A stretch of DNA of 64,000 bases from the NCBI GenBank assembly GCA_049322915.1, contig JBMOPW010000034.1, positions 488,567 to 552,566 on the forward strand. The letters are read 5' to 3'. This stretch comes from Candidatus Zhuqueibacterota bacterium (GTDB lineage: Bacteria; Zhuqueibacterota; Zhuqueibacteria; Thermofontimicrobiales; Thermofontimicrobiaceae). The position numbers were made by a program, and so were the translations under genes. Shown here piece by piece: positions 53,591 to 62,289 of this stretch. The notes beneath the pieces were generated by a model. That model made no database searches. It had not been told where the DNA came from and worked only from the letters and a program-made list of their open reading frames with translations. Numbering within the stretch: the first letter of the stretch is position 1; the number at the start of each line of letters is the position of its first letter.

Positions 53591-54610
53591 ATGCAATTTG
53601 AACGTCTGCACGAAATTTTGGAGAAGATAAAACGCGTCAGGATCGCTGTGTACGGTGATTTCTGTCTGGATGCCTATTGGTTCCTCGACCCGAAGGGCGG
53701 TGAAATTTCCGCTGAAACCGGGCTGCACTCCCGGGCCGTTCGCACCCATTATTATCGATTGGGCGGCGGTTCCAACGTCGTCGCCAATGTGGCAGCGCTG
53801 GCCCCGGCGCAGGTGCAGGTTATCGGCGTGATTGGCAATGATATCTTCGGCAGAGAAGTGATGCGGCAGATGCAAGAGATCGGCGTTGATATTTCATCGC
53901 TGTTCATTCAGGAACAAGATTTTCACACGGTCACTTTTTCAAAAATAATTCTTGAGAACAAGGAGCAGCCGCGAATCGATTTTGGCTTTTTCAATGCGCG
54001 CACCGAGAAGACGGATCAGTTGATCCTGCAACGCCTGCGCCAGGCCATGGAATCCATGGATGCGCTCATTTTCAACCAACAGGTGCCGGGAAGCCTGGCC
54101 CGAGATCTTTTCATCAATGGCGTGAATCAACTGCTGGATGAATTTCATGATAAGATTGTGCTGCTGGATTCGCGGCATTATGGGCGCCGATTTAAAAATA
54201 TTGTTCGCAAGACCAATGAAGTCGAGGCCGCCTGTCTGGCCGGTAAAGAATCGCATGTGCTGGATCAAATTCCTCTCGACGAGACCAAAATCCACGCGCG
54301 TCAGCTTTTTGCCGAATCGGGGAAACCCGTATTTGTCACTCGCGGTCATCATGGCATTCTGGTCGTTGACAGGGACGGTTTGCACGATGCGCCGGGTGTA
54401 AAAATATCCGGCCCACTGGACACGGTCGGCGCCGGCGACACAGTGGTCAGCGCTCTGGGCCTGTGTCTTGCCGCCGGGGTATCTCCGGCCGAAGCAGCGG
54501 AGTTCGCCAATCTCGCCGCCGGAGTCACCGTTCAAAAATTGTTCATGACTGGAACTGCGACCGGCGAGGAAATTATGGAGGTCTGGGGAAAAGCGCATTC
54601 GACTTTTTAA
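53591..54610 (+). CDS. RfaE/HldE domain I-like PfkB sugar kinase
   Basis: VYGDFCLD, LGGGSNVVANV, DTVGAGD, ANLAAG. Confidence 0.85.
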   Translation: MQFERLHEILEKIKRVRIAVYGDFCLDAYWFLDPKGGEISAETGLHSRAVRTHYYRLGGGSNVVANVAALAPAQVQVIGVIGNDIFGREVMRQMQEIGVDISSLFIQEQDFHTVTFSKIILENKEQPRIDFGFFNARTEKTDQLILQRLRQAMESMDALIFNQQVPGSLARDLFINGVNQLLDEFHDKIVLLDSRHYGRRFKNIVRKTNEVEAACLAGKESHVLDQIPLDETKIHARQLFAESGKPVFVTRGHHGILVVDRDGLHDAPGVKISGPLDTVGAGDTVVSALGLCLAAGVSPAEAAEFANLAAGVTVQKLFMTGTATGEEIMEVWGKAHSTF

Positions 54611-54634
54611 AAAAAATATTCTAAAAGACACTAT

Positions 54635-54832
54635 TACTCAGCGCACGTATTCCGGAAGCCGCTGGTTAGCTGGCGGGTTGATTTTTTAACACCACGATAA
54701 ATCGTGGTGTTGGTACAATGTTGAACCAGCGCCATGCTTCAGCATGGTGAAAGTCGATGCGCCCAAAGAATTCAGCCGCTTCAGCGGCTCCGATGACATT
54801 TCAACATAGTAAATACCTGAGTCATTACGAAA
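54635..54832. mobile_element. MITE/REP-cluster element family B, copy 2 (inverted, one end degenerate)
   Basis: 54695-54750 is the exact 56-bp reverse complement of 49080-49135; ends in TGAGTCATTACGAA. Confidence 0.75.
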
Positions 54833-54896
54833 TTTGTTTTTTACTATCAGACTTTTGCCGAAACTTCTTTCAATCAAATAAAACAGAGGGTCATCC

Positions 54897-56504
54897 ATGT
54901 ACCGAATCGAATCGAAAATTGATACCAAAAGTCAGGAATTCCTCAATAATAAAAAATCGATGGAAGAGCAGGTAGCGCTGCTGCGCGAACGAGTGGAAGC
55001 GATCAAGCAGGGCGGCCCGGAAAAAGCGCGCGAGGTTCACACGTCGCGGGGCAAATTGCTGGTCCGGGACAGGGTCAAGAAACTTTTCGACCGAAACACG
55101 CCGTTCGTGGAATTCTCGCCCCTGGCCGGGTACGATATGTACGATAACGAAGCGCCTGCTGCCGGCGTCATCACCGGCGTGGGCGTTGTGCATGGCCGGG
55201 AAGTGCTGGTCGTGGCCAACGACGCCACGGTGAAAGGCGGCACCTATTTTCCCATGACCATCAAAAAGCATGTGCGCGCTCAGGAAATCGCCCTGGAAAA
55301 CCGGCTGCCCTGCGTGTACCTGGTGGATTCGGGGGGCATCTTTCTCCCCCATCAGTCCGGCACGTTTCCGGATCGCGATCATTTTGGCCGTATTTTTTAC
55401 AACCAGGCGCGACTCTCGGCCCAGCGCATCGCACAAATTTCCATTGTGCTGGGGTCGTGCACAGCCGGCGGCGCGTACGTTCCGGCCATGAGCGATGAAA
55501 CAGTCATTGTCCGCAAGCAGGGCACCATTTTCATCGGTGGGCCGCCGCTCGTGAAAGCCGCCACAGGCGAGGAAGTCACCGCCGAGGAATTGGGCGGCGC
55601 CGACGTCCATTGCCGCATTTCCGGGGTGTCCGACCATTATGCGCTGAATGACGAACACGCGCTCGAAATCGCCCGCAACATCATCGAAAATCTGGATGCG
55701 CCGAAACGATTCGAGCTGGAAAAATCTGCGCCGGAAGAGCCTTATTACGATCCCGCCGAGATTTACGGCATTGTCTCCCGCGATCTGCGCAAGCCGTACG
55801 ATATCCGGGAGATCATTGCGCGACTGGTGGATGGCAGCCGATTCCATGAATTTAAAGAATTGTACGGGCCCACGATTGTGTGCGGTTTCGCCAGAATCTT
55901 GGGCTACCCGGTGGGCATATTGGGTAACAACGGCGTGCTCTTCTCCGAAAGCTCGAAAAAGGCCGCCCATTTCATGAACCTCTGCACGATCCGAAAAATC
56001 CCGCTCATCTTTCTGCAGAATATCACCGGGTTCATTGTCGGCAAGCAGTACGAGCATGGGGCCATTGCCAGCGACGGCGCGAAAATGGTGCACGCCGTGG
56101 CCAACGCCGATGTGCCCAAATTCACGGTGATTGTCGGCGGCTCTTACGGCGCCGGCAACTATGCCATGTGCGGCCGCGCCTATGGACCGCGTCTGCTCTG
56201 GATGTGGCCCAATTCCAAAATTTGCGTCATGGGCGGCGAACAGGCTGCCAGCGTGTTGCTGCAGGTGAAGAAATCCGCGTTGCAGAAGAAGGGCATCGAA
56301 ATGACGCAGGCGGAGCAGGACGCTTTTATGAAACCAACGCTGGAGAAATACGAACACGAGGCTTCGGCTTATTTCAGCACATCCAATCTCTGGGATGATG
56401 GCATCCTCGATCCGCTGGATACCCGAACGGCGCTTGGCCTGGGAATCGCCATGTCGCTGAACGCGCCCATTCCGGATCAGCGGTTTGGCGTGTTCAGAAT
56501 GTAG
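54897..56504 (+). CDS. mccB: 3-methylcrotonyl-CoA carboxylase carboxyltransferase subunit
   Basis: [41 protein letters not shown]-terminal FGVFRM. Confidence 0.92.
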   Translation: MYRIESKIDTKSQEFLNNKKSMEEQVALLRERVEAIKQGGPEKAREVHTSRGKLLVRDRVKKLFDRNTPFVEFSPLAGYDMYDNEAPAAGVITGVGVVHGREVLVVANDATVKGGTYFPMTIKKHVRAQEIALENRLPCVYLVDSGGIFLPHQSGTFPDRDHFGRIFYNQARLSAQRIAQISIVLGSCTAGGAYVPAMSDETVIVRKQGTIFIGGPPLVKAATGEEVTAEELGGADVHCRISGVSDHYALNDEHALEIARNIIENLDAPKRFELEKSAPEEPYYDPAEIYGIVSRDLRKPYDIREIIARLVDGSRFHEFKELYGPTIVCGFARILGYPVGILGNNGVLFSESSKKAAHFMNLCTIRKIPLIFLQNITGFIVGKQYEHGAIASDGAKMVHAVANADVPKFTVIVGGSYGAGNYAMCGRAYGPRLLWMWPNSKICVMGGEQAASVLLQVKKSALQKKGIEMTQAEQDAFMKPTLEKYEHEASAYFSTSNLWDDGILDPLDTRTALGLGIAMSLNAPIPDQRFGVFRM

Positions 56505-56576
56505 TCCGGGATTCCATCAATCGGATTCATCTTTCGAAATCAATGGAAGTAATTATTGAAAAAATGAGGAGAAGGA

Positions 56577-57371
56577 ATGGCTCACGAAATGGTCTGCAAA
56601 ACGATCAAGTATTCATTTCAAAATAAAGTTGCCACCATCACGCTCAATCGGCCGGAGATACACAACGCGTTCAACGAAGCGATGATCAGCGAATTGCTCG
56701 ATTTGTATCGGGAGATCGCTGACATGGAGCACATTCGCGTCGTGGTCATCGCCGGCGAAGGCAAGTCGTTCTGCGCCGGCGCGGATCTCAAATGGATGGG
56801 CGACGTCATCAATTATTCGTTCGAGCAAAATCTGAACGAATCGCTCCAGTTGGCCGAGCTCTTTTACACCATGTACACGCTGCCGAAACCGACCATCGCC
56901 AAAGTCAACGGCGCGGCCATCGGCGGCGGGACCGGGCTGGTCGCCGTGAACGACATTGTCATTGCCAGCGATCGCGCCAAATTCAGCCTCAGCGAAGTGA
57001 AGCTGGGATTGGTGCCGGCGTGCATCTCGCCGTACGTGATCAAACGCGTCGGCGAACGGGGCTGCCGCGAATTATTCCTCACCGGCCAGCGCATCGATGC
57101 CGGGCAGGCGCTGAAATTTGGATTGGCCAATCAGGTGGTGCCCGAAGCTGAACTGGATTCGGCCGTGGAAAAATTGATCGCTCAACTCATCACCAGCGGC
57201 CCCAATGCGCTGAAAATTTGCAAGGACTTGCTGGAAAAAGTGCCGCAAATGAGCCTGGACCAGGCCAAGACCTACACCGCCGAATCCATCGCCGCGTTGC
57301 GCATCAGCGACGAAGGCCAGGAGGGCATGAGGGCGTTTTTCGAAAAACGACCGCCGAAGTGGAGTGAATAA
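56577..57371 (+). CDS. liuC: 3-methylglutaconyl-CoA hydratase (crotonase family)
   Basis: HNAFN, FCAGADLKWM, AIGGGTGL, SEVKLGLVPACISPYV; follows mccB. Confidence 0.85.
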   Translation: MAHEMVCKTIKYSFQNKVATITLNRPEIHNAFNEAMISELLDLYREIADMEHIRVVVIAGEGKSFCAGADLKWMGDVINYSFEQNLNESLQLAELFYTMYTLPKPTIAKVNGAAIGGGTGLVAVNDIVIASDRAKFSLSEVKLGLVPACISPYVIKRVGERGCRELFLTGQRIDAGQALKFGLANQVVPEAELDSAVEKLIAQLITSGPNALKICKDLLEKVPQMSLDQAKTYTAESIAALRISDEGQEGMRAFFEKRPPKWSE

Positions 57372-57374
57372 TTT

Positions 57375-57579
57375 GTAACCGATAACAGGGTGAATAAACA
57401 AAAACCGCTGAAGCGGTTTCAGGAGTTCTTTTGAGATGATTATAACACCACAATGAATTGTGGTGTTAGTTCAACTCCCCTTTGAATCAACACCATGATT
57501 CATCATGGTGTTTACTGTATGAATGAAACATGTCCGAAGCCGTTTCAACAGCTACTATCTACATCCCGTGATCGGTTAC
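57375..57579. mobile_element. MITE/REP-cluster element related to family B
   Basis: TIR GTAACCGATAAC / GTGATCGGTTAC; hairpins AACCGCTGAAGCGGTT, AACACCACAATGAATTGTGGTGTT, AACACCATGATTCATCATGGTGTT. Confidence 0.7.
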
Positions 57580-57629
57580 CATAATTTTAATATAAGATTC
57601 AAATTAGAATCATTCTCACGATCATATTG

Positions 57630-58388
57630 TTCGCCGGAGACAAGATGAAACAGATCGACATGCTATTCGACCGGATGGATGCTTGGCGGCACTTCCCGAA
57701 CTACCAGCTTGAACGCCGGGCGGACATCTTCTTTGCGCTGTATCTTCCCGAAGTGCTGGAGGCCACACTTGATTTCCCCGTGAGATCGGAACTGGCTCCG
57801 GAGTTTCCTGTCCGCATCGGCACGATTTACCCCACCATCCCCATCGATAAGTCATACAAAATCGACTACGTCGCCTTGTCGGTTGCCGCCGACAAGGCCG
57901 TTCTCGTGGAACTGAAGACGGAAGGGCTTTCTCGCAGACCAGAACAGGACAAGTACCTGTTGGCGGCGCAGAAGGTTGGACTGCCCGCGCTGCTCGGAGG
58001 ACTGCTGGACATCTTCAGGGCGACCAATGCGAAACGGAAGTATTTCTGCCTTCTCCAGCATCTCGAAAGCATGGGACTGCTTCGCATCCCCATGCAGGTG
58101 AAGGACATCATGGCCGGGGGTGCCCTTCAGGGCGCGACCGACGGCTCGCGCCAGATCGAAATCACAGCCAAGACAACTGAAACCCTGATTGTGTACGTGC
58201 AACCGAATGGGAACGGCCCGGACATCATCTCATTCCGGAAATTCGCGGATGTTGTCCGACGGCATGATGATCCAGTGTCTCAACGGTTTGCCGTGTCGCT
58301 GTGCGAGTGGGCAGAGATTCAAGCGGGAGAGAAGCACCGGCGAACCAGCACCTGAACGGTACGGCTTCGCCGCCCGTTAGGCGCGGCG
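57630..58388 (+). mobile_element. Integron gene cassette; no integrase in window
   Basis: Begins G|TTCGCCGG (57629-57637), the exact complement of CCGGCGAAC (58337-58345); ends at the G|TT of attC. Confidence 0.8.
57645..58355 (+). CDS. Cassette-encoded hypothetical protein with PD-(D/E)XK-like motif
   Basis: PEFP...KIDYV...LVELKT; GGAG RBS directly after the core site; stop codon lies inside attC. Confidence 0.75.
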   Translation: MKQIDMLFDRMDAWRHFPNYQLERRADIFFALYLPEVLEATLDFPVRSELAPEFPVRIGTIYPTIPIDKSYKIDYVALSVAADKAVLVELKTEGLSRRPEQDKYLLAAQKVGLPALLGGLLDIFRATNAKRKYFCLLQHLESMGLLRIPMQVKDIMAGGALQGATDGSRQIEITAKTTETLIVYVQPNGNGPDIISFRKFADVVRRHDDPVSQRFAVSLCEWAEIQAGEKHRRTST

Positions 58389-58394
58389 TTATAC
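58339..58394 (+). other. attC recombination site
   Basis: R'' GGCGAAC; L'' CACCT(G)AACGG pairs with L' CCGTTAGGCG leaving one extrahelical base; CGGC-TTC-GCCG terminal hairpin; R' GTTATAC; 56 bp. Confidence 0.8.
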
Positions 58395-58529
58395 CATATA
58401 TTTTTAGTATACAATTAACCCTACAACGTCATTTAGTAAATTTATCACAATATGTTGAGTTTTTCATCTATCAAAAATACAACGATAAAAAATCTATGTG
58501 ACGTAGTAGGGTTAAGTTGGAATGGAATC

Positions 58530-58719
58530 CTGGACTCACTGAAAGAAGCAACTATTGAAACGATTAAACGATTAAACGATTACCGGATGGTTGCTCAATT
58601 GAAGATATCATGTTTGAAATCAATTTCATTGCTCGGGTAAAGAAAGGCCTTAAGGAGCCGAGCAGGGAAATCTGATTACAATAGAAGAACTTTTAAAAAG
58701 AGTGGAACTTCAAACGTGA
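58530..58719 (+). pseudogene. Decayed small antitoxin-like gene
   Basis: Removing one copy of the triple 8-mer AAACGATT (58558-58581) and adding 1 nt near 58656 gives xDSLKEATIETIKRLPDGCSIEDIMFEINFIARVKKGLKxAEQGNLITIEELLKRVELQT; no ATG start. Confidence 0.55.
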
Positions 58720-58801
58720 TAGATTACATGAACTTCCATCGTATTATTTTATTTTAAAATTGAAAAACCAAAGATAGAAAAATAAAATCGGACGGAAAAA
58801 A

Positions 58802-60301
58802 ATGTTCAAAAAAATTCTCATTGCCAATCGTGGCGAAATTGCTGTGCGCGTGATGAAAGCGTGTCAGGAACTGGGCATTAAAACCATTGCAGTGTATTCG
58901 GAAGCGGATGAAAAAGCGCTGCACGTGCAGCTTGCCGACGAAGCCGTCCTTCTGGGGCCGCCGCCGCCGCTGGAAAGCTACCTCAACATCGATAAGGTGA
59001 TTGCCGCTGCTCACGAGCGGGGCGCTGACGCCATCCATCCCGGCTACGGATTTTTGGCCGAGAATTCGAAATTTGCCGAACGCTGCGAGCAGGAAGGCAT
59101 TGCCTTCATTGGCCCCGGTTCCCGGTCCATGGCCCTGTTGGGTGATAAAATCCGCTCGCGGCAAACCATGGCGGCCGCAGGCATCCCCATCATCCCGGGC
59201 ATGCATCAGCGCGTGGACAGTCTCCAACAGTTGCGCAGCGAGGCCGAGAAAATAGGCTACCCGGTTCTGATCAAAGCGTCGGCCGGCGGCGGCGGGAAAG
59301 GCATGCGCGTTGTTCGTTCTCCCGAAGAATTGAAGGATGCCATGGAAGCCGGCATGCGCGAGGCCAAATCCGCTTTTGGCGATGAATCGGTTTATCTGGA
59401 AAAATATATCGAGCAGCCGCGCCACGTGGAATTCCAGGTCATCGCCGACCAGCACGGCCATGTCGTGCATCTCTTCGAACGGGAGTGCTCGATTCAGCGC
59501 CGCCATCAAAAGATTGTCGAAGAGTCCCCCTCGGTCGCGCTGGATGCGACGCTGCGCAATGCCATGGGCGAGACCGCCAAACGGGTGATTCAGCAGAGCA
59601 ATTACACCAATGCCGGCACTGTGGAATTTCTGCTCGACAGAAACAAGAATTTCTATTTTCTGGAAGTGAACGCCCGTATCCAGGTCGAGCACCCGGTCAC
59701 GGAGTTGGTGACTGGCATCGATCTGGTGAAACTGCAAATCCGCATCGCGGCCGGCGAACCGCTGCCGTTCACACAGGAGGATTTGAAGCAAAAAGGTCAC
59801 GCCATCGAGTGCCGAATTTATGCGGAAGATCCGGAGAACAATTTTCTGCCGTCGCTGGGAACCATCCATTTTTGCCAGGAACCGACCGGGCCGTGGATCC
59901 GCAACGATTCCGGCATTTTCTCAGGCATCGAGGTATCTATGTTTTACGACCCCATTCTGGCGAAGCTCATTGTGTGGGGAGAGAACCGCAACGACGCCAT
60001 TCAGCGCATGAAGATGGCCCTGGAAAATTATATCATTCTGGGGATCAAAACCCAGATCCCATTTCTGAAGCAGGTCATCGACCATGACCAGTTCCGGCAG
60101 GGCAATACGACGACTGACTTTCTCCAGAAATTTTTCCCGAATTGGCAATTGGAAACGCCATCCGAAGAGGAGCGGAATCTGGCTCTGGCCGCGGCAGCAA
60201 TTTATCGAATGAATAAAAAAAGCCCGGTATCGGCCAGTGGAAAAATGAAGCACGAATCTCCCTGGACGACCACCGGCGCATGGGAAATACTAAAATCATG
60301 A
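58802..60301 (+). CDS. Biotin carboxylase subunit (MCC-associated)
   Basis: MFKKILIANRGEIA, GGGGKGMR, RIQVEHPVTE. Confidence 0.92.
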   Translation: MFKKILIANRGEIAVRVMKACQELGIKTIAVYSEADEKALHVQLADEAVLLGPPPPLESYLNIDKVIAAAHERGADAIHPGYGFLAENSKFAERCEQEGIAFIGPGSRSMALLGDKIRSRQTMAAAGIPIIPGMHQRVDSLQQLRSEAEKIGYPVLIKASAGGGGKGMRVVRSPEELKDAMEAGMREAKSAFGDESVYLEKYIEQPRHVEFQVIADQHGHVVHLFERECSIQRRHQKIVEESPSVALDATLRNAMGETAKRVIQQSNYTNAGTVEFLLDRNKNFYFLEVNARIQVEHPVTELVTGIDLVKLQIRIAAGEPLPFTQEDLKQKGHAIECRIYAEDPENNFLPSLGTIHFCQEPTGPWIRNDSGIFSGIEVSMFYDPILAKLIVWGENRNDAIQRMKMALENYIILGIKTQIPFLKQVIDHDQFRQGNTTTDFLQKFFPNWQLETPSEEERNLALAAAAIYRMNKKSPVSASGKMKHESPWTTTGAWEILKS

Positions 60302-60484
60302 TGTCAGCAGGTTGGGTGTTTCCAGGCCATCGCCGTCTGGAGGTGGATATACATCCAGCGCGCGTCATGGCTGGGACGTCTGTCCCGGAAAAGGCGCACC
60401 GTTCGGGATGAATATCCCGAGCGATGAGAACAGTGAAACGTTGGCGAATCCTAAATTTTCAAGTATTAACAAAAAGGAAATTCT

Positions 60485-60994
60485 GTGGACTTAGAATTCA
60501 AAATCGACCAGGATGAGTATCAGATAATAGCCCAAAAAAAGGATGCTCGCTATCAGCTAAAAATCAACGGTCAGCCGCTCGATTGCAGCGCCTCTCTGCT
60601 GGCGCCGCATTGTCTTTTGATCGAAGATAAGCAGCGTCGGCAGCGCATTTATCTGGCGGAAGGCAAGGACAGGACATTTGTTTTCATCAATGGCAGGCAG
60701 CTTGTCCTGGAATGCATGGATGCCTCGTCGCGGGCGGCTGTCCGGCATGGCGATGATTTGCACGATGGAGGCTCAGAAATACGCGCGCCCATGCCCGGGA
60801 AAGTGCTGAAAATTCTTGTGGAGGTCAATCAGGAGGTGCAGCCCAAACAGTCGCTCGTGATTGTCGAAGCGATGAAAATGGAGCACAATATCACAGCGCC
60901 AAAAAAAGCTGTGGTCACCCGGATTCACTTCAAAGAGGGCGATGTGGTGGATGCCGGTCAGCAGCTTTTGGAATTGCAGGTGGTTGCGGAGTAG
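60485..60994 (+). CDS. Biotin carboxyl carrier protein (MCC-associated)
   Basis: RAPMPG...EAMKMEH; AAGGA RBS before GTG. Confidence 0.9.
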   Translation: MDLEFKIDQDEYQIIAQKKDARYQLKINGQPLDCSASLLAPHCLLIEDKQRRQRIYLAEGKDRTFVFINGRQLVLECMDASSRAAVRHGDDLHDGGSEIRAPMPGKVLKILVEVNQEVQPKQSLVIVEAMKMEHNITAPKKAVVTRIHFKEGDVVDAGQQLLELQVVAE

Positions 60995-61033
60995 CGCCCC
61001 ATCTGACTGCTTACCCTTAACCATATCTTTTCT

Positions 61034-61246
61034 AACGCAGAGGTCGCAGAGACCGCAGAGGTACGCAGCGTTTTGGTATTGAAAAAAAGCTGTTTGCAAA
61101 CTCATGAAACCAGGTATTCTCCTGGTTATTTTGGTCTTCTGTTACTAGTGGTGAACATGATTTTCATTGTTTGATTGAAAATTTTAAAATCACTCTGGCC
61201 AATTCAACGCTGGTCATTTCTCTGCGCCCTTCGCGACCTCTGCGTT
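61034..61246. repeat. Inverted pair of nonamer arrays
   Basis: AACGCAGAG GTCGCAGAG ACCGCAGAG ... CTCTGCGCC CTTCGCGAC CTCTGCGTT. Confidence 0.7.
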
Positions 61247-61443
61247 TCATTTGATTTGTGAATATCCCCCAACTTATGGGTAAGGGTTAGATCTGGCTGA
61301 GGAGAACCCGTTCGAAGCGAACGAAATTCAACGGATGCCTAGTCGTCAGGCGATACAGAGACAGACTTGTTTTCAGGTTGAAACCGATTTTAAATTTGAA
61401 ATAATCATACGTTACACAGCATAAACATTGCACAGGAGGACAT

Positions 61444-62217
61444 GTGGAATATCGAAATATTCTCGTTGAACTTTTGCCGCAGGTCGGCATACTCAAAATC
61501 AATCGCCCAGAAAGCCTGAATGCGCTCAACAATGAGACGTTGGGTGAAATCAGAGAAGGCATCAAAGCGCTGAACAACAATGACGATGTCAGAGTCATCA
61601 TCATCACCGGCGAAGGCAAGGCGTTCATTGCCGGCGCGGATATCAAGCTCATGAAAGATATGAATGAGACCGAAGCGCGGGAATTTTGTCAAACCGGCCA
61701 GAAATTATTCGATCTCATCGAAAACCTGGATAAGCCCGTTATCGCCGCGGTGAACGGATTCGCTCTGGGCGGCGGCTGCGAACTGGCCATGGCCTGCGAT
61801 TTTCGCATTGCCAGCGAAACTGCCAAATTTGGTCAGCCGGAAGTGAACCTGGGCATCATTCCCGGCTTTGGCGGCACGCAACGTCTGCCGCGGCTCGTTG
61901 GCACCGGTCAGGCCAAGGAACTCATTTTCACCGGCGATGTCATTGACGCCAACACCGCGCTGCGAATCGGTCTGGTGAATCGCGTGGTGCCGCCCGAAAA
62001 CCTGATGGAGATGGTCGTGGCCATCGCGCAAAAAATCGCAGGCAAAGGACCGGCCGCGGTGCTGATTGCCAAGAACGTCATCAATCGCGGCATGGAAACG
62101 ACGCTCGCCAAGAGCTTTTCCATCGAACAGGATGGATTTCTACAGTGCTTCGATTCCGGCGAGGCCAGAGAAGGCATGACTGCCTTCGTTGAAAAACGCA
62201 AACCAGACTGGGCGTGA
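61444..62217 (+). CDS. crt: Short-chain enoyl-CoA hydratase (crotonase)
   Basis: NRPESLNALN, AFIAGADI, GFALGGGCELA, GQPEVNLGIIPGFGGTQRL. Confidence 0.85.
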   Translation: MEYRNILVELLPQVGILKINRPESLNALNNETLGEIREGIKALNNNDDVRVIIITGEGKAFIAGADIKLMKDMNETEAREFCQTGQKLFDLIENLDKPVIAAVNGFALGGGCELAMACDFRIASETAKFGQPEVNLGIIPGFGGTQRLPRLVGTGQAKELIFTGDVIDANTALRIGLVNRVVPPENLMEMVVAIAQKIAGKGPAAVLIAKNVINRGMETTLAKSFSIEQDGFLQCFDSGEAREGMTAFVEKRKPDWA

Positions 62218-62227
62218 GAACAGCCAT

Positions 62228-62268
62228 AAAAAAACCTCCCGGGATTGCATCCTCGGGAGGTTTTTTTT
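62228..62268. terminator. Bidirectional Rho-independent terminator
   Basis: A7-CCTCCCG...CGGGAGG-T8 between convergent crt and pmbA. Confidence 0.85.
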
Positions 62269-62289
62269 CAGGCAGATATTTGTAAAAAA

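Noticed and set aside
36053..61246. CRISPR array among the intergenic repeats
   Set aside because: Units are 7-9 bp or palindromic REPs with no regular repeat-spacer periodicity; no cas genes.
61297..61326. CTGAGGA...GAAA hammerhead-like core
   Set aside because: Stem II does not close directly after the core, and stems I and III cannot be formed.
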